From contig JAJRZD010000024.1 in assembly GCA_024275415.1 (NCBI GenBank), positions 60,001-92,000 of the forward strand: a DNA stretch of 32,000 nucleotides, written 5' to 3'. Source of the stretch: an archaeon (lineage in GTDB: Archaea > Asgardarchaeota > Thorarchaeia > Thorarchaeales > Thorarchaeaceae). The notes beneath the pieces are model-generated. The model made no database searches. It was not told the origin of the DNA and saw only the letters and a list, made by a program, of their open reading frames with translations. The position numbers and the translations under genes are program-made. Below, in pieces: positions 9,325 to 16,801 of this stretch. Each line of letters opens with the position of its first letter. The stretch's first letter is position 1.

Positions 9325-9798
9325 TCACACCAAACGTACATTCCATACGCATTCTGCTGAACCAGTGGCACGGCACATCTCTTGAAACACCTTCGCCTGA
9401 ACGCCTTTGAATTCGAGGATTGTTTCCATGATGCCACTGAAAATCTCGCAATAACCAAAGCCTCTCATGCCTTCCAGTGAGATGTCCTGACACCAGATGC
9501 ACGATTTGTCTGAAACACGAACAGAACCTCTGGCAGAGTCCATATCAACCTCGTTGGGTTTCTTATCAAAGAGAATCTTGTACACAACATCAATCAGCTT
9601 GGCAACATCTTCCCGTGTTGTGATATTGTCCTTTGTCTTATCCGCTATTTCCGTATTGAGATATAATTGCGAACCGATTCCCCTGCCAATGTCACGGAGA
9701 CCCTCGTTCGCATCTTCAATGGTAGATGTGCTGCTGAGCACATTATCAACCATATGAGCATATAATGTATAGAGTAAGGGATTCACAATCTTTGCCAT
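9325..9798 (-). CDS. Bet3/TRAPPC3-like V4R-superfamily protein (copy A)
   Basis: LLYTLYAHMV...ANEGLRDIGRGIGSQL resembles the Bet3 N-terminal helices; CIWC, YCEIFSGIMETILE, MCRATGSAEC V4R cysteine pattern. Confidence 0.8.
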   Translation of the reverse strand: MAKIVNPLLYTLYAHMVDNVLSSTSTIEDANEGLRDIGRGIGSQLYLNTEIADKTKDNITTREDVAKLIDVVYKILFDKKPNEVDMDSARGSVRVSDKSCIWCQDISLEGMRGFGYCEIFSGIMETILEFKGVQAKVFQEMCRATGSAECVWNVRLV

Positions 9799-9826
9799 GA
9801 TGTACAGTCCTCACGTTGTTGTTTGT

Positions 9827-10807
9827 TTACAGGGTCTTGCCAATCATCTTGACATCTTTTCTGTACCTTGCAATGATCCTGATTACCTCTGCATTTGAGA
9901 TACCAGCAGACTCGGCAATCTCCTCGGTTGTTCTTGAGCCATCACACAAGGTCAAAATGTTGAGATCCCCGGCAGGAACCTTTTTGCCGTCACCAGTGAA
10001 TTTCGGACACTTGATGAACTTGCCTATCGTTTTTGCAGGCCCACGTACTGATGTTGCGGGTGACTCAGACACTGGCACATCGACAATGCCTCTTGATGCA
10101 GCCCATTTGAGACACTCTATTACTCGTTCATTGGGCTGAAACATCGAATCGGCGATTTGCGTGATGTCCATCGACCCATCGACAAGCATAAGAACATCGA
10201 AACCAAAGTTCCTGTATTTCGTTTTCATCTCGCCGTATAAATCAGAGTCAAGAGAGAGAGCTTTTGAGTAGGTAGACCCACGTTTCGGAATCGTGGTTGG
10301 GACGATGAGGAAATCGTCAGGCGATCGTTCTACTTCAGGAGTGGGTTCCGGTTTGACAGGAGCTGGAGGCGGTGAAATTCCTGATGTGGTTTCTACTGCA
10401 GTCGTTGATGCAGCCTTTATAGCGATGCTCTCAAGTACCTGAAGATTATCTTCAGCTGCGTCCTCAAAGTCTTCTGGTGGAGGAGGCAATTCAATGCCCT
10501 CAAGCAGGCGCAAGACATTCTTTGTCTTTGCAATAGCAAGACCCAACTGAAGCTCTGGAACATACAAGACAGTTAGAATCCAGTTCTCGTCCACAGGGGA
10601 TAGAACGACCAGACCTTGCTCAGTGTCAATAGTCATAAGTCGCAAATCGGTTCTGTAGAGGTTAATCGAGTCTTTAACTCGGGGAAATAGCTCATCAGGA
10701 AATGCAAAACTGACAAACGGACGACCGCCCTTTGTCATTAGTGAATAACCTAATACTTGATCATCGAATCTTAATTTTGAGAGGGCTCGTTCCAGCTCGC
10801 TTGACAT
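9827..10807 (-). CDS. Roadblock/LC7-like domain + polyproline linker + two winged-helix repeats (copy A)
   Basis: N-terminal alpha-beta-beta-alpha-beta-beta-beta-alpha pattern ending ELQLGLA; ELPPPP; VDGSMDITQIA and LCDGSRTTEEIA wHTH repeats. ORF is secure, domain calls are by eye. Confidence 0.7.
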   Translation of the reverse strand: MSSELERALSKLRFDDQVLGYSLMTKGGRPFVSFAFPDELFPRVKDSINLYRTDLRLMTIDTEQGLVVLSPVDENWILTVLYVPELQLGLAIAKTKNVLRLLEGIELPPPPEDFEDAAEDNLQVLESIAIKAASTTAVETTSGISPPPAPVKPEPTPEVERSPDDFLIVPTTIPKRGSTYSKALSLDSDLYGEMKTKYRNFGFDVLMLVDGSMDITQIADSMFQPNERVIECLKWAASRGIVDVPVSESPATSVRGPAKTIGKFIKCPKFTGDGKKVPAGDLNILTLCDGSRTTEEIAESAGISNAEVIRIIARYRKDVKMIGKTL

Positions 10808-10998
10808 TTAATCCTACCTCACGGTCTTGTGCAGCAATTAGGACTTGCGCTGTACATTTCATTCGAGAGCGCTCTGAAAAGCATTGTGGTGGCGTAGCCA
10901 CCTATTGCTCTCAAAGTAATCTCTAGTATATACTATGTAGGAAACTGTTAAGAGCTCTTGTAGTACGAACCGACTACTGAAACCGAAGGTAGCAACTC

Positions 10999-11583
10999 AT
11001 GAGAAATCTACTTGGTGGTATTATTGGCGGCATTGTTGGATCCGTCTATATCTGGTACGCGATGCAGGGGCCGAAGCTAGATTGGCCAGCTCCCTATGAC
11101 ACCATAGGATTTCTTTTTGAAGGCTCGTCCATCCTTGTCTTGTACAGCGAAACGGGCGCTATTGATCTGGGGATATGGTTCAGCGGATGGGCCATAGCCG
11201 GAATCGCGATTGCGTTGTTCTCTACATCAAAAGCAGATTCGATAAGAACTATGCTCTGGTCAGGGGGTTGTGTATTCATACTACTAATAGTTGGAGTCTT
11301 CATTTTAGACCCAGCATACTGGAATAGTACAGACAGGAACCTTTTCCTTCTAATATGGCTTGTACGAAGTGTCTTAACAGCACCTGTTGCCCTTGTTTCT
11401 GCGATTCCACTTATAGTGCTGAGAAAGAAACTTGTCCATGAGGAAGAAACTGCACCTCCCGAAAAAATCGAAACGAGTTGTGTCTGCGGTGCGATATTCA
11501 AGTCAAAGCCTTTGATGTGCGCCGAATGCGGCCGACAGATGAAACAGTTATCCACGCTCTCTACTGATGCCTCCACCCAATAG
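10999..11583 (+). CDS. Four-TM membrane protein with C-terminal zinc ribbon
   Basis: About four hydrophobic segments, then CVCGAIFKSKPLMCAECG (CxC-x10-CxxC). Confidence 0.8.
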   Translation: MRNLLGGIIGGIVGSVYIWYAMQGPKLDWPAPYDTIGFLFEGSSILVLYSETGAIDLGIWFSGWAIAGIAIALFSTSKADSIRTMLWSGGCVFILLIVGVFILDPAYWNSTDRNLFLLIWLVRSVLTAPVALVSAIPLIVLRKKLVHEEETAPPEKIETSCVCGAIFKSKPLMCAECGRQMKQLSTLSTDASTQ

Positions 11584-12066
11584 ACCACCAATCACTGCGG
11601 TGATAATAGGATAGAGTGAACTGCCGAGAACCAGCTCCAGCAGTAGTAAGGATTGTGAACCTATCAGTGCCATTGGATCTGTCGTGGCAATGAAGAATAT
11701 CAATAACCAAGTGAGAAAGGCTGCCATCAGGACTGATAATAATGCTGCAATGATTGCCTGAACAATATCGCGGGTAAGTAATCCAGCTACTAACCCTGCA
11801 CAACCCCAGGCTAAATAGGTCAATACCGTTCCACCCTGTGCTCCATATCCAACATACGTGCCGAGATTCACAGTGGTAAGGCTTGTTGGAAATAGGACTG
11901 TTGATACAATTGCCAGTTTCAGCTCAAGATCAGAGTACGATAGAAAATCGTTCACGATGCTTTGAGGGACTAGCTCTGAAGGCACGTACTGTCCGAACAA
12001 AAGGATTAGGAATGTGATGATGAAAGCCGTAAGGAAACCCGCTACTATGCCGACACCTTGTCCCAT
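11548..12066 (-). CDS. Uncharacterised multi-pass membrane protein
   Basis: 172 aa, four to five Gly/Ala-rich hydrophobic segments; GAGG RBS upstream; last gene of the rpl13e-led minus-strand run. Confidence 0.8.
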   Translation of the reverse strand: MGQGVGIVAGFLTAFIITFLILLFGQYVPSELVPQSIVNDFLSYSDLELKLAIVSTVLFPTSLTTVNLGTYVGYGAQGGTVLTYLAWGCAGLVAGLLTRDIVQAIIAALLSVLMAAFLTWLLIFFIATTDPMALIGSQSLLLLELVLGSSLYPIITAVIGGLLGGGISRERG

Positions 12067-12132
12067 TTAGACCATCCTCTAGATGCTATTGGGAAATGGT
12101 GCCTTTTATGATTATGGAATATGGAGAGGTTT

Positions 12133-12639
12133 TCAATCCTTAAGACGTAGAGTCCATGTGCATACACTGTCCCCGAGTGCCTTGCAGGATTCCTGATATG
12201 ATTCCGCGTTGAACCCTCTTAGCTCCATGACAGCATCAAAGACCCCACTGATCAGATTGCAGTATTGTAACCCAGGCATATCGGTTATGACCACGCCCTC
12301 ACATATCAAACAATTTGCATCTGTGAATCTGATGACTCGCTTATCATCACTGATTACCGTTTCAGTAAAGTCCTGTCCAGAGTTCACTTTGTATGCCAGT
12401 TGGAGGGTACTGGCGAACTCGGAGAATGAAACTGCATGTTGACGAATGCGATCAGCATAGTCCATCAATAGGGTTTCGCCAACCTTGAAACCAATCTCTT
12501 TCGTCTTCTTGTTAATCTCATCAACATTGCTGCTCTCAGCCATCAACAGATTCATCGTTTCCCGGTATATCGCCTGAAAAAGGGTCTTCGATACCTTGTC
12601 AATCTTTAGAGCCCAAGCCAATTTGCCTTTAACGCCCAT
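12133..12639 (-). CDS. Bet3/TRAPPC3-like V4R-superfamily protein (copy B)
   Basis: KVSKTLFQAIY...NVDEINKKTKEIGFKVGETLLMDY and GLQYCNLISGVFDAVMEL match Bet3 as recalled; CLIC...C...C...C; ATG 12639 follows a GGTGA RBS (track start 12648 is the RBS). Confidence 0.82.
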   Translation of the reverse strand: MGVKGKLAWALKIDKVSKTLFQAIYRETMNLLMAESSNVDEINKKTKEIGFKVGETLLMDYADRIRQHAVSFSEFASTLQLAYKVNSGQDFTETVISDDKRVIRFTDANCLICEGVVITDMPGLQYCNLISGVFDAVMELRGFNAESYQESCKALGDSVCTWTLRLKD

Positions 12640-12648
12640 AATGTTCAC

Positions 12649-13551
12649 CTATTTTGCTTTTTGAATGAAACGCACTGTCTTGCCTCGGTAGGGGATTAGA
12701 CATTGCAGTGCTTGGAAGTATAGCATCCCTAACATATCCGCAATCTCATGAAGTGTTCGGTTCCCATCACAAAGTTCAATCACCGCTCGATGTTCCTTTT
12801 TGACCTTGCTCAAATCTCCTTCAAAGACAGGAAGTTCAATGATCTCTTTTTGGCCGGATGTTTGCTCTTCGGGGCATTCGATCCTGACAATGTGTCGAGA
12901 AACGCACCATCTCACAATCTCGCTTGTTCGGTCAATCGACCTGTCAAGGGTTTGAGCTATCTTTGCGACAGTTCGCTTCTCATCGACCATCATTAGAATA
13001 TCCATGCCAATATTGGCAAAGTGCTTCTTTAGTTCCAGATAGAGAGGCGAATCAATTCTCATTGCATCGGAATACCGATCATCTTTGTGGACAATACAAC
13101 CATGTCGCACATTGATCGTTTCCAGAGGAACCGTATCAGAGTCGTCTGGGGGGGAAACCTGAGTTTCAGGCGGATGTACCTCCGTACTAGCTTCGTCCTC
13201 CGAGTCTGGGATAATAACGGAAGTGGGTGGAGGAGGCAGCTCCGTGTTCCCGAGAAGTTGAATGACATCAGAGGTCTTCTGCAATGCACCACCCAATGAC
13301 TCCTCAGCGATGAAAAGAACACCGAGTACCCAATTCGAGTCGACTCGTGCTAAAACGACGGTGCCTTCGCCCGTCATCACATTCATCAATTTAAGTGATT
13401 TCGAGTGAATCTTCATGGTTCCTCGAATGACCGGAAGCGTTTCTTCTGGCAGGGAGAATGAAAGGAACGGCTCACCATCATTCGTGAAAAGAGCATAACC
13501 TCTTACGGATTCGTCATATCGTAGTTTGGTCAACACTCTTTCCAGTTCCAT
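12649..13551 (-). CDS. Roadblock/LC7-like domain + polyproline linker + two winged-helix repeats (copy B)
   Basis: Paralogue of 9827..10807 (52 of 108 N-terminal residues identical, ungapped, hand count); VDEKRTVAKIA and LCDGNRTLHEIA repeats. Confidence 0.7.
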   Translation of the reverse strand: MELERVLTKLRYDESVRGYALFTNDGEPFLSFSLPEETLPVIRGTMKIHSKSLKLMNVMTGEGTVVLARVDSNWVLGVLFIAEESLGGALQKTSDVIQLLGNTELPPPPTSVIIPDSEDEASTEVHPPETQVSPPDDSDTVPLETINVRHGCIVHKDDRYSDAMRIDSPLYLELKKHFANIGMDILMMVDEKRTVAKIAQTLDRSIDRTSEIVRWCVSRHIVRIECPEEQTSGQKEIIELPVFEGDLSKVKKEHRAVIELCDGNRTLHEIADMLGMLYFQALQCLIPYRGKTVRFIQKAK

Positions 13552-13588
13552 ATCACATAACTTCCCACATTTGCGAATATGTCATGTT

Positions 13589-14722
13589 CTATCCTGTATT
13601 TGGCTTAAGTAATTTTGTGCCATGCTCAGACAGGGCTGGACTTTCCTCTAGGAAGGTTATAACTTGACCTGTTGTGGGATGCTCAGTGGTGCCAAAAGAA
13701 ACATACAGGGCAGCAACCGCATTTGCAAGGGTTAGACGCTCCATGTCTGGCAACCTAGCAAGAAACCCATAGATGGATCCTGCATTCCATGCATCACCAG
13801 CACCGCAGAGGATTTTCGATTGCACGTCAAATGATGGCTGTCCAAGAACCACATCATCTTTCAGGGTAGCAGAGAAGAACGGTGTGTGGAGATCCACCTG
13901 TACACCTGTTTCAGCGGCAACATATTCAGCCGCAGAAATCCATCGCCAAGGTTCTTTGAGAGATTCTCGCCATTTATCAGACCCCCCACTAAGAGCCCAT
14001 GCATACCAGCACGCCTCGTTCTCATTCATCCCGATGATGTCAACAAGTCCGTCCAAGACCACCTGTTTCAGCAAGGGTTTGAGGAACTCAGGACGTCCTG
14101 AAGGATCACCAGTGTCCATGAAAGTGATAGCGTTCCCGCTCTGTCGAATGAATTGAAACAACCCATGTGACAATTCTACAGCATTCTTGTTGTGATTCAG
14201 GTTCAGCAGGCAGACCAGTCCACTATCTACTATGACGTCCAGATCCGATTCGGTGAGGTCATCGAACCCAAAGGACGAGGCTGAGCCGCTATCACTCACC
14301 ATCAGATTCACTCTACGACCAGAATATTCCAACTCTATCGAAACAGTTGAGGAAAGTCTGCCATCAGTATGAACGTGATCAAGATTGATTGTAGGGGGCA
14401 TCAACGATTCTAATAGTTTCTTGCCTTGCAAATCCGTGGTCGCAATCAATACTGGATCCACACCTAGTGAGGATAATGCTGCCGCGGTATTTGCGGAGTT
14501 ACCCCCTCTGCGGACCATATGCCTTGACCCAAGAAGATTCCCCCCACCCTGTCTAGCCAAGGATTCGAGTCCATCAATGAATGAGTTGAAATCATCAGCT
14601 ATAACAAAGAAGTCCAAAAAGAAATCTGGTAGAATGACGGGGTGTTTGGTAAAGCAGGGCGTCTTCAGAGATTCAATGAGGGAATCGCAACTCTTCATGA
14701 TTCCCTCAGAGAAGGACTTCAT
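13589..14722 (-). CDS. PfkB/ribokinase-family carbohydrate kinase
   Basis: GGNSANTAAALSSLG, MNENEA and intact LCGAGDAWNAG catalytic motif. Confidence 0.92.
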   Translation of the reverse strand: MKSFSEGIMKSCDSLIESLKTPCFTKHPVILPDFFLDFFVIADDFNSFIDGLESLARQGGGNLLGSRHMVRRGGNSANTAAALSSLGVDPVLIATTDLQGKKLLESLMPPTINLDHVHTDGRLSSTVSIELEYSGRRVNLMVSDSGSASSFGFDDLTESDLDVIVDSGLVCLLNLNHNKNAVELSHGLFQFIRQSGNAITFMDTGDPSGRPEFLKPLLKQVVLDGLVDIIGMNENEACWYAWALSGGSDKWRESLKEPWRWISAAEYVAAETGVQVDLHTPFFSATLKDDVVLGQPSFDVQSKILCGAGDAWNAGSIYGFLARLPDMERLTLANAVAALYVSFGTTEHPTTGQVITFLEESPALSEHGTKLLKPNTG

Positions 14723-14726
14723 CCTC

Positions 14727-14924
14727 TTAGACTTTGTTCAGGGCGGCCTTGACCATTGCTGTGAGCCTGTCAGCATCAATTCCTGACTTGTTCGATATCT
14801 TATCGATATCACAGTATGCCAAATCTTCAAGTGTGGTAATCCCAGCAGCAACTAGTGCTTCGGCATCGGCCTTCTTCACTGCCTTAAGTGACGAGAGCTC
14901 TGTGACAGCATCTGGAGCAACTGG
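14727..14924 (-). pseudogene. In-frame helix-hairpin-helix extension of rpl13e, cut off by TAA at 14925-14927
   Basis: After the TAA the same frame stays open for 65 codons: PVAPDAVTELSSLKAVKKADAEALVAAGITTLEDLAYCDIDKISNKSGIDADRLTAMVKAALNKV, ending TAA-GAGG-ATG(pfkB). Missing from the ORF track because it lacks its own start. Confidence 0.8.
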
Positions 14925-15173
14925 TTACGCCTCTTCTTCTGCAAGAAGTGCTTCGACAACTTCTTCCATTTCCTTCACATAGTTCTTCAGAATCTCAACA
15001 TTCTGAGGGTGCATGGTCTTTCTGCGAAGATCGACAATAAGACCCATGTCTCGTGCCTCTTTGATTGTCAGACCAGCATCTGCAAGCTCACCCTTGGTAA
15101 ATCCTCTTCCCCTACGGAACTTGGCATCATCGGGGGATTTCACAACTGGTTCTACAGCAATGTCGAAGCTCAT
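14925..15173 (-). CDS. rpl13e: 50S ribosomal protein L13e
   Basis: RRGRGFTKGELADAGL...GLIVDLRRKTMHPQNVEIL, L13e signature. Confidence 0.93.
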   Translation of the reverse strand: MSFDIAVEPVVKSPDDAKFRRGRGFTKGELADAGLTIKEARDMGLIVDLRRKTMHPQNVEILKNYVKEMEEVVEALLAEEEA

Positions 15174-15578
15174 TTAACTGACCACCTGACTTTGCTCACC
15201 CCTCGCGGTTTGCTTATTAGCCTTTCGAGATGGCAACGAGGATGTCAGCCTAAAGTTTCTGAACTGTTTGATGGGATACAGAAGACAAAAATTTCAATCT
15301 GCCACTGATTTTAATCGATTGTCGCATTGTGCGAGAACCTCCCGTAAGATTTCGCTTTCCGAAAATCACTTGTTCCAAAAGTATGCTTAGACTTCCCAGG
15401 ATCCACCATGTACCATGCCCCCTATCCACCACCATTATGTTTCCCATTATTGCTAACAAAAACCATAGGGCCAGTGGCTCTTTTCGTCCCACCTGCCACC
15501 CTTATGGTAACAGTTTCAACATCTTATTCGTATCAGTTTTAACCAATAGATAATTACGAATCTTATTTAGAGAACATC

Positions 15579-15591
15579 ACAGAGGTTCAAT
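15579..15591 (+). repeat. 13-bp direct repeat, left copy (ACAGAGGTTCAAT)
   Basis: Exact match to 17821-17833, read directly from the sequence. Confidence 0.85.
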
Positions 15592-15638
15592 AAAATCAAG
15601 AATATCATTCATCCGTTATTGCAAGTGTACAATGCTGG

Positions 15639-16061
15639 TTATTGTATACAGACATCACAGAAAGGGGGTGCTTTAGGAATTTGAGCCCCCCATAATTTTC
15701 TAATTAATGATTGAGCGATATTTTTCCATAATTTCACATTCCATTCATCCAGCTTTATCCTATCACAATAGCAATAATCAGCAGATACTCTGGCAATCCG
15801 CAATTCCTTGAGTTTGTCTTTTATCCCCGGCCCGTCATCTGTTCGTTTATCTCTAATGTCTTTTTCAATTTGTTTGTAATCCTCAGCAGATTGATTATAT
15901 TCATATCCTTCCTCCTGTAACCACCATTTCGTACACACGTATGCCGCCAAATAGCTGCGATTGACTGCCGCTCTAAGATATCCCTCATCTCTACTATTTC
16001 GGTACAGTTTCAAAAGAACATCGCACATATCCAGAAAAGAAACAGGATTGAAAGAATTCAT
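15639..16061 (-). CDS. HEPN-domain protein
   Basis: FNPVSFL...RAAVNRSYLAAY and LKELRIARVSADY, the R-x-YYA / LR-x2-R-x2-ADY HEPN pattern. Confidence 0.82.
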   Translation of the reverse strand: MNSFNPVSFLDMCDVLLKLYRNSRDEGYLRAAVNRSYLAAYVCTKWWLQEEGYEYNQSAEDYKQIEKDIRDKRTDDGPGIKDKLKELRIARVSADYCYCDRIKLDEWNVKLWKNIAQSLIRKLWGAQIPKAPPFCDVCIQ

Positions 16062-16798
16062 ATAGTCCCTCCGGGTGGAGCAATTGTTACACTAATATTG
16101 GGAAGAATTGATTCTGCAATATATTGATAGGAATCTTTCTGCTTCGCCCAGTTTTGAAGGGTTATATCTACTATGCTGCTAATCTTATCCCATATATCCA
16201 TCAATGAATCAAAGTCAATTAGATCATATTCCACCCTAAGTCTTACATCGAAATCGACACATTCTGGATCCTTTGTGATAATAACCTTAATTTGTCTTCC
16301 AAACCTATCGTCAAGTTCGCTTTCAACTGTTTCTATCCCAACGGAAATTGCTTCGGCAAGAAGTGCGTTCTTTTTTAGAATTACACCAGTACTTTCATCG
16401 ATGTATTGCTTTTTTACTAACCATGAAACCACATCTCGGTCACTCGTGCGACCGTTGGAAAAATTCCCTAAGCGGTTTTCAATAAATGACAACCATTCAG
16501 GATACAATGGTTCAAGAATGTGCCAATTTCCTTCTTGGGGTTCCATGCCTCTCAGGACGCTGCTTCTATGAACATGTCTGTAAGATTCTTCATCTACTTC
16601 AAGTGAGATATGTACAATCTCGACCATATCAAAATAATCGTTATCATAATCATTTTTCAAATCGAATAATCTGGAAATAATCCTGTTGGGAAAAATGTCG
16701 AGTTCATTAAAGGAATACATCCATATCAGTTCATCAAATATTGAGAGCTCTCGCCAATCTAATGAATCGTCCGAGTTATCATGTAGAATGACTGGCAA
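16058..16798 (-). CDS. Hypothetical acidic protein, possible HEPN partner
   Basis: 246-codon ORF whose stop overlaps the HEPN start (ATGA); C-terminal IKVIITKDPE...LRVEY...LMDIWDKI. Confidence 0.65.
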   Translation of the reverse strand: MPVILHDNSDDSLDWRELSIFDELIWMYSFNELDIFPNRIISRLFDLKNDYDNDYFDMVEIVHISLEVDEESYRHVHRSSVLRGMEPQEGNWHILEPLYPEWLSFIENRLGNFSNGRTSDRDVVSWLVKKQYIDESTGVILKKNALLAEAISVGIETVESELDDRFGRQIKVIITKDPECVDFDVRLRVEYDLIDFDSLMDIWDKISSIVDITLQNWAKQKDSYQYIAESILPNISVTIAPPGGTI

Positions 16799-16801
16799 GT
16801 T

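Noticed and set aside
8702-13551. Small GTPase partner within the cluster
   Set aside because: No GxxxxGK[ST]/DxxG/NKxD protein; the only P-loops in the window belong to the two ABC ATPases.
14925-14927. Selenocysteine or pyrrolysine recoding at the internal stops
   Set aside because: Both internal stops are TAA, not TGA or TAG, and are not at catalytic positions.
15250-15492. 80-codon minus-strand ORF with a hydrophobic stretch
   Set aside because: No RBS or recognisable motif, AT-rich context; other frames gave no identifiable gene remnant.
15563-15661. Local repeat TTATT...ACATCACAGA (15574-15583 and 15652-15661)
   Set aside because: Only 10 bp exact in AT-rich DNA; might relate to the odd HEPN C-terminal tail but cannot be told from chance.
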